Shown here piece by piece: positions 42,225 to 51,570 of a stretch of DNA of 64,000 bases (positions are counted from its first letter, which is position 1; each line of letters begins with the position of its first letter). The notes under the pieces are model-generated. The model was given only the letters and a program-made list of their open reading frames with translations. It had not been told where the DNA came from and ran no database searches. A program made the position numbers and the translations under genes. The DNA comes from an uncultured Lentisphaeraceae bacterium (GTDB taxonomy: Bacteria > Verrucomicrobiota > Kiritimatiellia > RFP12 > DVOR01), in assembly GCA_949282555.1 (NCBI GenBank), contig CASDPK010000011.1, forward strand, positions 2,896 to 66,895, read 5' to 3'.

Positions 42225-43244
42225 ATGACCATGGCTTATACCTTTAAGGATTTGGCGGAGGAGATCCTTGGTTCCGCGCAAGAGCCGATGACCCCGGCAG
42301 AGATTTGGCATGAGGCGGAACGCCGAGGGCTTGTCTCGAAGTTAGGTTCCCATGGGAAGACTCCGCAGGATAGCCTCGCGGCACAGTTGTATACCGATGT
42401 GAAAGCGGCGCATTCTCGTTTTGCCGTTCATGAGGGGAAGCCTAAGCGCTTTTCTTTGGCCGACGTGTCGCCGAAGGCGGACGCATCGGCGCGTCAAGCG
42501 GTCGCCGCTTCGCCACGCCGCACCTTCACCGAATGTGCCCAGTTGGTCTTGGAGACCTTCGCGAACCGCCAGCCGATGCATTATTTGGACATCACGCGCA
42601 AGGCGCTTGAGCAGGGGTGGCTGCATACGGATGGAAAGACGCCGGAGGCGTCGCTTTATGCGCAAATCCTCACGCAGATTTCCCGGGCGCAGGAAAAGGG
42701 GGCGGAACCGCTGTTCGTGAAGTATGGGCGGGGGATGGTTGGGCTCTCCGCATGGAACAAGAGTGGGATTGATGGGTTGGCGGACCGGCACAACACGGAC
42801 GTCCGAAAGAAGTTGTTGGCACGGCTTCTGAAGATGCCACCCTCGGCGTTCGAGCGGTTGATTCAGCGGTTGCTCATTGAAATGGGCTTTGTGGAGACAT
42901 CCGTCACGCCCATCAGCAAGGATGGCGGCATTGATGTGCGTGGGACGTGGGAAATCGCCGGAGGCATTCGTCAGCGCTACGCCGTTCAGGTGAAGCGTTG
43001 GAAGGGAAACATTCAGGCCCCCACCGTTCAGAATGTCCGGGGAAGCCTGAAAACCGGCGAGCTTGGGTTGATCATCACGACCTCCGACTTCACCAAAGGC
43101 GCCCGAACGGAGGCGCGTGACGAGACGAAACACAGCCCCATTTCTTTGGTCAATGGCAAGCAGTTGGTGGAGTTGTTGATTGCCAACGGCATTGGCGTTC
43201 GCGTTGAACGCATCGAAGTGCTTGAACTTGACGATTCCCTGTGA
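42225..43244 (+). CDS. mrr: Mrr-like type IV restriction endonuclease with tandem N-terminal HARE-HTH domains
   Basis: Two repeats of a ~75-aa winged-helix module (AEEILGSAQEPMTPAEIWHEA..., AQLVLETFANRQPMHYLDITRKA...). C-terminal Mrr_cat PD-(D/E)xK core (GIDVRG...RYAVQVKRWKG...IITTSDFTKGA). Confidence 0.7.
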   Translation: MTMAYTFKDLAEEILGSAQEPMTPAEIWHEAERRGLVSKLGSHGKTPQDSLAAQLYTDVKAAHSRFAVHEGKPKRFSLADVSPKADASARQAVAASPRRTFTECAQLVLETFANRQPMHYLDITRKALEQGWLHTDGKTPEASLYAQILTQISRAQEKGAEPLFVKYGRGMVGLSAWNKSGIDGLADRHNTDVRKKLLARLLKMPPSAFERLIQRLLIEMGFVETSVTPISKDGGIDVRGTWEIAGGIRQRYAVQVKRWKGNIQAPTVQNVRGSLKTGELGLIITTSDFTKGARTEARDETKHSPISLVNGKQLVELLIANGIGVRVERIEVLELDDSL

Positions 43245-43247
43245 GGT

Positions 43248-43817
43248 TTGATGATGCGCGTGCTTCCTTTTGATGAGACAGCGCTTGCGGAGGCGGCTAC
43301 GGTGCTTCTGCGGGGTGGGGTGGTCATTCTGCCGACGGATACCGTTTATGGCGTGGCTTGCCATCCGGCCTTTCCGGAGACATTGGAACGCATCCGGGCC
43401 ATGAAGCGGCGCGACGCCGCCAAGCCCTTTCAGTTGTTGGCCGCGGATCTGGAGGCCGTTTGGGGCGATGGGGCAGAGCGAACCCCGGAAGCGGAGCGTT
43501 TGGCCTCCTATTGGCCGGGCGCATTGACGTTGGTTCTGCCAACGGCGAAGGGGCGGACAGAGGGTTACCGTGTGCCAGACCATCGTTTGCTGTGTCGTCT
43601 TTTGACGGCGTGCGGTGGGTGTTTGCGGTGTACCAGCGTCAATCTCAGCGGGGAGCCGCCGGCCAAAGACGCGCAGGAGGCCGCCGCAGCGCTCGGAGAA
43701 TCCGTGGATTTGGTGCTTGATGGCGGCGCCGCACGACTGGGCGTCGCCTCCACGGTGGCGGCCATTTCGGCCCAAGGGGTAAAGATCCTTCGCCAGGGTG
43801 CTTTGATCTTGCAGTGA
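43248..43817 (+). CDS. tsaC: L-threonylcarbamoyladenylate synthase (TsaC/YrdC)
   Basis: GGVVILPTDTVYGVACH and YrdC-domain length (189 aa). Confidence 0.85.
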   Translation: MMMRVLPFDETALAEAATVLLRGGVVILPTDTVYGVACHPAFPETLERIRAMKRRDAAKPFQLLAADLEAVWGDGAERTPEAERLASYWPGALTLVLPTAKGRTEGYRVPDHRLLCRLLTACGGCLRCTSVNLSGEPPAKDAQEAAAALGESVDLVLDGGAARLGVASTVAAISAQGVKILRQGALILQ

Positions 43818-43933
43818 AACGGAATGAGGCGGACTGTTTTTTACGTTCGGCTTGTTGTGGAGTAGCTTTGGTTGACGTTACGTGTTGGGTCTCTGGCGGA
43901 GTCGTAGAAGCTTTTGTAACGGTTTCGGGGGAA

Positions 43934-43970
43934 TGAAAAAAGAACCGCGCGGATTTGGATCCGCGCGGCC
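43934..43970 (-). terminator. rho-independent terminator downstream of the tRNA-Asp pair
   Basis: ccgcgcgga-tttgg-atccgcgcgg hairpin, with an A-run on the plus strand that is a T-run on the minus strand. Confidence 0.55.
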
Positions 43971-44007
43971 ACAACAACACGAAAGGAGTGTGAACTCACA
44001 CTAAAAA

Positions 44008-44084
44008 TGGCGGGAAGGACGGGGCTCGAACCCGCGACCTCCGGATCGACAGTCCGGAGCTCTAACCAATTGAGCTACCTCCCC
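44008..44084 (-). tRNA. tRNA-Asp (anticodon GTC)
   Basis: Reverse complement gives a 77-nt cloverleaf GGGGAGGTAGCTCAATTGGTTAGAGC...CTGTCGA...CCA, near-identical in T-arm and acceptor to E. coli tRNA-Asp. Confidence 0.85.
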
Positions 44085-44111
44085 GAAAGAGGTCTTTCTT
44101 CGTCTTGAAAA

Positions 44112-44188
44112 TGGCGGGAAGGACGGGGCTCGAACCCGCGACCTCCGGATCGACAGTCCGGAGCTCTAACCAATTGAGCTACCTCCCC
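44112..44188 (-). tRNA. tRNA-Asp (anticodon GTC), identical second copy
   Basis: Identical 77-nt repeat 27 nt from the first copy. Confidence 0.85.
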
Positions 44189-44207
44189 GGATGAAGAAAG
44201 CACGCAA

Positions 44208-44236
44208 ATTATAGCAAAGCGGTCTTTCGGGTGCAA
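44208..44236 (-). promoter_or_regulatory. sigma70 promoter for the tRNA-Asp tandem
   Basis: On the minus strand: TTGCAC, 17 nt spacer, TATAAT, ending ~20 nt before the tRNA 5' end. Confidence 0.6.
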
Positions 44237-44364
44237 CCTCTTTTTTATGGCATGGTGTTGGGCTGGTTCTTGTGGATAAAATCAAGAAGGGACGGGGCCT
44301 TTCATTAGCGGGGCAGAAGGTGTGTATGGTGGCTCGCGATGGGACATCTCAAGTGGAAATCCTC

Positions 44365-46605
44365 TTATTTGGTTTTGATGGTATGGAGGACCGTTTCGCC
44401 GGCGCGCACGGCAATGCTGTCTTTCCAATTGAGGAAGGCGTTGTCGCCCAGTGCCTTGGCGGCAATTTCGGCGGTCTCGGCCAAAAGGGAAACGTTCGCA
44501 TCGTACTTCGTGGGGTTGGTTACGCGGAGAACGGTTTCGTGTGGGGTCTGCTTCACGATCTCGGCCGTGACATGGTCGAACACGTAGAGTTGCTGTAGGT
44601 CGGTTCGTACGTAGATACCGGGGATTTCGAGTGCCATCATGGCACCGTTGGTTTCATTCCATCCGGTTTTGCCGCCATCACCGCGGCTTCCGCGTGAATC
44701 GGTATCGCAATAGGTGAGGCGTTCGGTGATCTTTCCGTTGGGTTGGATGCCTTCGGCGTGTGCGTGGATGACGTCTCGCAACAGCTCCGCATAGAGGGCG
44801 TCACCAGTGGCGCGGTAAATCTTGAACAGAGCATCGCCCGATTGGGTGCAAAATCCCGGGGCTCCGTGTTTGTTTTGGGTGCTGGCCCAGACGGCGCCTG
44901 TTAGGTTGGCCCCGAGTTTGGCCAAAGGCGTGTTCGGCGGCAGACGGTAGTGAAAGGAGACCGTCCAGGTGGCGCATAGATGGGCGAGGTCTTTTGCTTG
45001 CTTCAGATAGAGCGACTCGCCGGTGGCTTCGTATAACGTCACGAGGGAGGTGGTCAGGGCGATGGCGGTTTCGGAGTCTGCGTTTTGCAGGATGTCCCCG
45101 CATCCTCCGGAGGTGAAGCCGACGCATGAGAAGTTTTCGTAGTAGGCCTTGGCGGCGGCTTTGGCCACTTCCAGGTAGGTGGGTTCGTTGTAGTAATGTG
45201 CGGCTAGGGTCAGTCCGGCAACGGCCATTGCACCGCCGGTGGTGTTGAAGACGGCGACGTTGCCAGTTTCCACTTGTATGTAGTTGCCCCATGTGCCCTC
45301 TCTTTCCCAGGTGGAGACAAAGGCATCCGCCAAGGCTTTTGTCGCTTGCTCCCATTCCGGACGGATGGCGTTAGCTCTTCCCTGCGCTTTTAAGAGGTTG
45401 AATTGCTTGATCATCCAGTAGAGGATATCCGCGTTTTTGCGGGTTAGGCCAATACCCTTTACGTGTGCGGAGGCATCTCGGTAGAGCACGTTTCCATCTG
45501 CGCCCAGCACGTCGTAATAGTAGCCACTTTTTCCTTTGGCACGAGGCAAGGCGAAGTTGAAGGTGTTGGCCACGCGGCGGAGATGTTCCGTGTCGCCCAA
45601 TGCCAACATTGGGTAGGTGTTCATGAGTCCGCCAATCCAGCCATACGACATCCAGTTGGCATTTTCCGGGCAGTAATATTCCCAATTCGCTCCCTTGAAG
45701 TAACGCTCGTCGATATTTTTCACCATACGGGCAAAGACTTCGCTCATGGGCATGAGATTGCGGGGAGCCGACCCGCCGATGTGCGATTTGCGTTGCCGCA
45801 TGAAGTGTGCCAACAGTTCGGGCACATTCGCACAGGGGAAGGTCAGCTTTGTCACCCTCAGGGTGATTTGATCTCCTTTGCGAACCTGAAGGCCACGATC
45901 CGGACTTTTGCTGAAACCGATGAACTCCGGTTTCTTTTCGCGAACACCGGGGGCGCTGATCACGAATGAAACGGTGGAACGATCTTTGCTTTCTTCAACG
46001 ATGAGAGCATGGTCCAACATTTGGCCGTTCCGCTCGATGCCTTGGTCAGTCAGTAGGAGAACCCCTTGCCTTTGGGCACGCTTCAGATATGCGATAGCCG
46101 GTGTCGCGGTGTTGTTCACGAGCACCTCGAGACGGGATTCCGCCCCATAATCCGGCGAGAGTTGCGGGATGGGATTCGAGGTTAGGGCGAGGTCTCGACG
46201 GAAGTAGTCCGATGGGTCCAAGCCGGTGGCATACCTACGGTTGACAATCCGTTGACGGTTGCCGTTGTACACCGCCGCGGGAATCATCACGTAGTTGTCA
46301 CTGCACCAATCATACTCGTTGAAGGCAACGGCCACGCCGGCTTGCTCCATGTCGCGCTGGGCGGTGAAGGTGAATGTATAAACTTTTCGTCCTTCGGAAC
46401 CACTTTCCGAGCGGACGACCGTCCAGTCAGCATCCGACTCGATTTCATCGCAAGTCTTCAGTTGAGCGTCTTGATAGACGCACTCCAGAAGGCGATAACA
46501 CGTTTCTTGCGAGGTCTTCGGCAACCACTTGGCAGCCATCGGAAGATTTACGGCCAAGCAGGCCAAGCCTGCCAATGCATACTTCATCTTCATTGTCATA
46601 GCCAC
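44365..46605 (-). CDS. secreted (alpha/alpha)6-barrel-like glycoside hydrolase/lyase-family protein (family unassigned)
   Basis: Signal peptide. Long Ala/Tyr/Trp-rich helical-repeat region resembling six-hairpin glycosidases. No catalytic motif assigned with confidence. Confidence 0.4.
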   Translation of the reverse strand: MAMTMKMKYALAGLACLAVNLPMAAKWLPKTSQETCYRLLECVYQDAQLKTCDEIESDADWTVVRSESGSEGRKVYTFTFTAQRDMEQAGVAVAFNEYDWCSDNYVMIPAAVYNGNRQRIVNRRYATGLDPSDYFRRDLALTSNPIPQLSPDYGAESRLEVLVNNTATPAIAYLKRAQRQGVLLLTDQGIERNGQMLDHALIVEESKDRSTVSFVISAPGVREKKPEFIGFSKSPDRGLQVRKGDQITLRVTKLTFPCANVPELLAHFMRQRKSHIGGSAPRNLMPMSEVFARMVKNIDERYFKGANWEYYCPENANWMSYGWIGGLMNTYPMLALGDTEHLRRVANTFNFALPRAKGKSGYYYDVLGADGNVLYRDASAHVKGIGLTRKNADILYWMIKQFNLLKAQGRANAIRPEWEQATKALADAFVSTWEREGTWGNYIQVETGNVAVFNTTGGAMAVAGLTLAAHYYNEPTYLEVAKAAAKAYYENFSCVGFTSGGCGDILQNADSETAIALTTSLVTLYEATGESLYLKQAKDLAHLCATWTVSFHYRLPPNTPLAKLGANLTGAVWASTQNKHGAPGFCTQSGDALFKIYRATGDALYAELLRDVIHAHAEGIQPNGKITERLTYCDTDSRGSRGDGGKTGWNETNGAMMALEIPGIYVRTDLQQLYVFDHVTAEIVKQTPHETVLRVTNPTKYDANVSLLAETAEIAAKALGDNAFLNWKDSIAVRAGETVLHTIKTK

Positions 46606-46617
46606 TCCATTTTTTAG

Positions 46618-48534
46618 TTATTCGTTCACCAATGCACCGTGGACCTTAAAGACTGCGGCATAAGGCGTTGGTAACTGTTGCGGAACATCCAAAAGCAAAT
46701 GATCTTTGGTTTGGGTAAAATCGACGGTTCCCTTCGCTCCGAGTAATTGGATCTGCCTGATGTTTCCCGGATGCTGGGGCGAATCTAAGCCCAACGCCGG
46801 AAGCTGAATCTTTCCGGGCTGCGGATTCAATACACAGATATACAAATAATCGCCTCGCGTGATAAAGCGAACCTCATCGTGTCCATATGGTGTGCTGGAA
46901 ACGGTACGGGCATTGAAATTTTCTTCCGTTGCATTGTTCAACACATTATTCACATCTGCATTGAGGATATTCCGCTCTTTCACCCGCTTACAGGAGTTCA
47001 GATTATCCCCATATATCTGCCAAGGTTTTCCGGCATAGATGGCTTCATTGTTGATCTTCATCCAATCACCCACACCATCCAAAATGAGTTTGTGCTCTTC
47101 CGGAATCGTTCCGTCGCCTTTCAACTCGACATTCAGTAGCATGTTGCCATTCTTGCTCACAATGTCACACAATAACTCGATCACCGTGCGGGCATTGTGC
47201 ATTGAAGGATTGTCTTTCTTGTAAAACCAATGTGTAAAGGTAAAAACGCCGTCCCAAGGATAAGGTTGTCCGGCAACCAAACGGACCGAGCGGGAAAGCG
47301 AACGGCATCCGGGGGCTTTTGAATCAATCCTCAACTCGGCGATCAGCGGCCCCTTCTCTACGATGGTGATGGGCTCCACGGTGCCCACCTGAGGGAGATT
47401 TTTATTCGCGGGCATCCACGCGAAGGAATTGGCACCCCCGTCAACCTTCTCGTCAATATAGTTGCAGGCATCACCTTGTTTTTGACGTGACGTGATATTG
47501 TCGCTCTTCGGATCGAGAGTAACCTTTGGGAATTCGTTTTCCAAGGCATTTCCCTGGATTTTACAAGCTCCTTCTTTGGGCGCTTCCCCCTGTGTCAAGC
47601 GACAATGGGCCGCTCTTAGGGACGGAACTGAATCGGCGAGAAACCACAATTCACCGTTTGCCATTCGTTGCGAAAGCATGATCTTCCCAAAGCCCGACAC
47701 GACCCGATCGCCCAATCGACTTTCGACGGGAGAGAGCTTGACGATACCACCATGTGCCCACGTATGCGTGTTCAGAACGGAGATCCCTCCTTTGGAAGGT
47801 CCTTCCCTTGGCCCCAATGCACCGTTGGACTTATCGGTCGCCGGGGCCACCGCTTCGCCCATTGCCATAATGGCGCGTTCCTTTGCCGCGTGGAAATAGG
47901 CTTGCCTCTCCTTCCAAATGGCATTTTGGAAGAACGGTTCGAACGGATTCTCAAAGGTCCACGTGTGCTCAGAGGCCAAGAGGATATATCTCCAGGCCTC
48001 GTCGAATTCGTCATACGGAACTTTTTTGCCTTTGGCCAGCATGCTCCATACGGTTTCGGCCTGCGAGAGGAGCTCTTTGGTGTTACGATTCATCGCAGTC
48101 AGCGCGGCAGTTGTCCCGAGGCCATCGGTCCAATATTCTGTGAAATCGCCCGACACCGTCGGGAGCCGATCGCCATACTTCCGCTCAATCATTGACATGA
48201 TGTCATGGCCCCCGCAGATGCGAATCTTCGGATAAGCGTATGTTTTGTTCCATTCCTCCACGGCATAGGGCACGCCCGCATCCAAGGGCGTGTTGTCCCA
48301 CAGTGACCACGAGAAGACGGCAAAGTCGTAAGGATAATCTCCGTTTTTCCAGTGCCTCCAATTGTCGGGTGAAGGTTCTGTTCGCATGCCCTGTCTGAAT
48401 ATGCAGAGGAACCTTCGATGGATCGCGTTGGCCAAACCAAGGGCGCCCGGTTTCCTGACCCTTCCCCATACTTCCGCTGCTGGCATATTTCCCAGGCTGA
48501 AAGAAGAGCACCTTCGATTTGCCATCCGGCCCAA
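46618..48534 (-). CDS. glycoside hydrolase with GH29 alpha-L-fucosidase-like motif
   Basis: NMLLNVELKGDGTIPEEHKLILDGVGDWMKINNEAIYAGKPW closely resembles the conserved GH29 LLLN(I/V)GP.ADG.IP...GEAIYGT block. The N-terminal ~400 aa are not recognisably GH29, and the start is uncertain. Confidence 0.45.
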   Translation of the reverse strand: MGRMANRRCSSFSLGNMPAAEVWGRVRKPGALGLANAIHRRFLCIFRQGMRTEPSPDNWRHWKNGDYPYDFAVFSWSLWDNTPLDAGVPYAVEEWNKTYAYPKIRICGGHDIMSMIERKYGDRLPTVSGDFTEYWTDGLGTTAALTAMNRNTKELLSQAETVWSMLAKGKKVPYDEFDEAWRYILLASEHTWTFENPFEPFFQNAIWKERQAYFHAAKERAIMAMGEAVAPATDKSNGALGPREGPSKGGISVLNTHTWAHGGIVKLSPVESRLGDRVVSGFGKIMLSQRMANGELWFLADSVPSLRAAHCRLTQGEAPKEGACKIQGNALENEFPKVTLDPKSDNITSRQKQGDACNYIDEKVDGGANSFAWMPANKNLPQVGTVEPITIVEKGPLIAELRIDSKAPGCRSLSRSVRLVAGQPYPWDGVFTFTHWFYKKDNPSMHNARTVIELLCDIVSKNGNMLLNVELKGDGTIPEEHKLILDGVGDWMKINNEAIYAGKPWQIYGDNLNSCKRVKERNILNADVNNVLNNATEENFNARTVSSTPYGHDEVRFITRGDYLYICVLNPQPGKIQLPALGLDSPQHPGNIRQIQLLGAKGTVDFTQTKDHLLLDVPQQLPTPYAAVFKVHGALVNE

Positions 48535-48639
48535 GCCACCAAAACAGTCTACCGTTCAAACCTTGGCGCACGTGCCCTCCACGGTCACTGTTTGGCCAGG
48601 AGATGATGTGCCTCACCCCTTCCTGCACCATCACCGGAA

Positions 48640-48873
48640 TCAGTCCCCACGTCCTGCCCGGGTGGCGCGCTGGGAGACAACGGCGATGGTCACAGGCCCT
48701 TTCTGTTCACGCCCCTTCAGTTCCACAGAGACAATGCGCCCCGGTTGGCCGTCGGCACGATAACCATAGAGGGACTCCACCTTGCAGTTTACCTCCTCCG
48801 GGACAACCTTCGCCCAAGAGAGCGAAGCGACCATGAACACTCCCAACACACTCCATACGAATATCCACTTCAT
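48640..48873 (-). CDS. small secreted hypothetical protein
   Basis: 77-aa ORF with signal peptide MKWIFVWSVLGVFMVASLSWA, between two CAZyme genes. Confidence 0.3.
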   Translation of the reverse strand: MKWIFVWSVLGVFMVASLSWAKVVPEEVNCKVESLYGYRADGQPGRIVSVELKGREQKGPVTIAVVSQRATRAGRGD

Positions 48874-48947
48874 CGCTCACTCCCCCATCTTGACCGCTTG
48901 CGACCCAAAGGTTCACTTAGGATCGCAAGCGGATACATAAAAATACG

Positions 48948-51509
48948 TTACTTTACGTCGCATTCGATGGTGGCAGGCTCCAGACCAGCACCACTCACAC
49001 GGATTTGCGCCTTGCCCGTGGCCCCCTTCTTACTGCCGACGATGGCCAATGCCAGGCCGTTGAACGTTGCCCGTTCGGCGCTTTGGAAGGGAGTGAAGGA
49101 GGTGGGGTCTCCATTGTCCGTGGCGACCAACCTGCCGCATCCCGTAACGTCCACTTTCAGCGGCAGGCAGGCGGTCGGCACCATTCGTCCCTCGGCATCC
49201 ACAATCGTGATGGTGACGAAGGCCAATTCGTCTTCGCCGCCAGCAATCGACGTGCGGTCCGCCGAGAGCATGATCTTTTTGGGTGCGCCGGTGGTCTGGA
49301 CCTCATCCTCCGCCCACGGTTTCCCATCCTTGTAAGCAACGACCTTCACGGTCCCCGGCTGATAGACGACCTTGTCCCATACCAAGCGGAAATCCTTGCC
49401 CTCCGTTTTGGCTTTGCGGCCATAACTCTTGCCGTTGACGAACAGCTCGGCTTCGGTTCCGGAGGTGTAGACGTGCACGGGGATGGTCTTCCCTTCGTAA
49501 CCTTCCCAGTTCCAATGCGGCAGAATGTGCGCCATCGGCAGATCGGGGCGCCAGTGCGACTGATACAGATAGTAACGGTCCTTCGGGAAGCCCGCCAAGT
49601 CGACGATGCCAAAATAACTGCTGCGCGAAGGCGGTTGCTTCCGGGCCAACTCTTCCAGCCGCTTTTCCAACTCAGCCCGTTTTGCAGGATCATTGCGGAA
49701 GTTCAACAGGTTGGTTTTGTCCGAATTGAACGGGGTGGGTTCGCCCAGATAGTCGAAGCCGGTCCACACATATTCACCTAGCAGATGAGGGAACCGATGG
49801 TTCGTCGCGAACTGGCGGTCGGGATTGCATCCCCAGCCCGGGGCATCCTTGTCGTACGAGGAGATCTGGAAGTTTTTGCGGAGCGTGTTGTCCGGGAAAT
49901 AGACGCCGCGAGAGCTCAGGCAGGAAGACGTCTCGGTGCCGATGGTCGGCATGTTTTTGTAACGCTCATCCTGATCCCACTTGGCCTGCTGGCCGAAGAA
50001 GTAATTGACGCCCATCATGTCCAAAGCCAAGCTCGCGCCGGAGGCACGGCCGCCATTCGGGTTGTTATAGCCGTTCGTGACGGGACGGGTCTTGTCGAGC
50101 GCCTTGACGATGTCCACGAGGTGTTTCGTCATCTCCACGTTCTGCTGCTCCATGACTTCATTGCCGATGGACCAGAAAACCACGGAAGGATGGTTCCAGT
50201 CACGCCGCACCAAGGCCTCCAAGTCCTTTTGATGCCACTCTGCATACAACTTGTTGTAATCCCATGCACGCTTGCCACGCGCCCAAGCGTCGAAGGCTTC
50301 GTCCATGATCAGCATGCCGGTCTTGTCGGCCAGATCCAGCAGTTCCGGCGCCGGGGGATTGTGGGAGGTGCGGATGGAATTGCACCCCATTTCCTGCATG
50401 ATGCGGAATTGGCGCTCCAGCGCGCTCAGGTTAAAGGCGGCGCCCAAGGCCCCCAAGTCGTGGTGATTGCAGACGCCTTTGATTTCCACCCGGCGGCCAT
50501 TCAACATGAAACCTTTGCGCGAAATACTGATCTCACGCACGCCGAATGGGGTGTAGTAACGGTCGGTTTCCTTCCCATTCACCTCAACCGTCACGCAAGC
50601 CATATAACGATTGGGCGACACGATGTCCCAGCGCTTGCAATCGTTCAGCGTCTTCCGCAACTGAATCTTTTCGCTTCCCTTCGATGCCAGCTTCAGCGTT
50701 TGATCGTCGAAGCGGAGCACCTGCTTGCCGAGGCGATCCTGCGGGTCCACCTCATAGACGGCGGCCTTCACCACTGCGGAGGCTTCTTGGTCCAAATGGC
50801 TCTCCACTTCCACCGCGAAGTGCAAGTCGGCACTCTTGGCGGTCAGATTGGCCGTTTCCATCTTGGTTCCCCAGTGCTTCACGTGCACTTGGCCGGTCTT
50901 CACCAGCCAAACGTGGCGGTAGATGCCGGCCCCGGGATACCAACGGGATTCCCACTTCTCGGTATCCGTCCGCACAGCCAGCACATTGGTTTCGCCGACT
51001 TTGATATACGGCGTCAAGTCCAGGCGGAAAGAATTGTAGCCATAGGGCCATGTGCCGACATACTCGCCGTTCAGCCAGACTTTGGCATAGGCCATCACGC
51101 CATCGAAGTCGATGTAGAACCGCTTCCCCTGATCGGCTTTGTCCACCGTGAAGGTCTTGCGATACCAGCCGATTCCCTGGTAAGGCAAACGCCCCGTGTT
51201 GCCCGCCAAATCCATGCGGAACGGCCCCGCAATGGCGAAATCGTGCGGGACATCCAGCGCCGTCCAGCCGGAGTCATCCACGTCCGCCTTGAAGAGGTTT
51301 TCCGGCTCCTTCACGTGTGTGCCATCGGCCTGCAAGCCGTACCGGATGAAGCGCCAGTCATCGTCGAACGAGACGACATCGGCCTGTCCGGAGCGTTTGA
51401 TGGTTTCGCTTGGTAGCGGGCTGCTCCCGCATGTGAAGGTCAGCAATACCGCTGCCATCATTGCCCCTCCGCACTTACCGAAGAGCTGGGATCGGTTTGT
51501 CCACTTCAT
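48948..51509 (-). CDS. beta-galactosidase (GH2)
   Basis: GH2 sugar-binding, immunoglobulin-like and TIM domains (WYPGAGIYRHVWL, NHHDLGALGAA, SIRTSHNPP, WSIGNE acid/base region). Start placed at MKWTNRS, with a lipoprotein-like signal. Confidence 0.85.
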   Translation of the reverse strand: MKWTNRSQLFGKCGGAMMAAVLLTFTCGSSPLPSETIKRSGQADVVSFDDDWRFIRYGLQADGTHVKEPENLFKADVDDSGWTALDVPHDFAIAGPFRMDLAGNTGRLPYQGIGWYRKTFTVDKADQGKRFYIDFDGVMAYAKVWLNGEYVGTWPYGYNSFRLDLTPYIKVGETNVLAVRTDTEKWESRWYPGAGIYRHVWLVKTGQVHVKHWGTKMETANLTAKSADLHFAVEVESHLDQEASAVVKAAVYEVDPQDRLGKQVLRFDDQTLKLASKGSEKIQLRKTLNDCKRWDIVSPNRYMACVTVEVNGKETDRYYTPFGVREISISRKGFMLNGRRVEIKGVCNHHDLGALGAAFNLSALERQFRIMQEMGCNSIRTSHNPPAPELLDLADKTGMLIMDEAFDAWARGKRAWDYNKLYAEWHQKDLEALVRRDWNHPSVVFWSIGNEVMEQQNVEMTKHLVDIVKALDKTRPVTNGYNNPNGGRASGASLALDMMGVNYFFGQQAKWDQDERYKNMPTIGTETSSCLSSRGVYFPDNTLRKNFQISSYDKDAPGWGCNPDRQFATNHRFPHLLGEYVWTGFDYLGEPTPFNSDKTNLLNFRNDPAKRAELEKRLEELARKQPPSRSSYFGIVDLAGFPKDRYYLYQSHWRPDLPMAHILPHWNWEGYEGKTIPVHVYTSGTEAELFVNGKSYGRKAKTEGKDFRLVWDKVVYQPGTVKVVAYKDGKPWAEDEVQTTGAPKKIMLSADRTSIAGGEDELAFVTITIVDAEGRMVPTACLPLKVDVTGCGRLVATDNGDPTSFTPFQSAERATFNGLALAIVGSKKGATGKAQIRVSGAGLEPATIECDVK

Positions 51510-51570
51510 GAGGACGATTCCTTTCTGTTTCGTTATTACATCCATCTCTTGAAGCTTCCACGACGTGCCG

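Noticed and set aside
48874-48947. Inverted repeat ccgcttgcga...tcgcaagcgg downstream of the beta-galactosidase gene
   Set aside because: A 10-bp stem with a 19-nt loop and no T-run in the transcribed orientation. It is not convincing as an intrinsic terminator and could be a protein-binding site, but evidence is insufficient.
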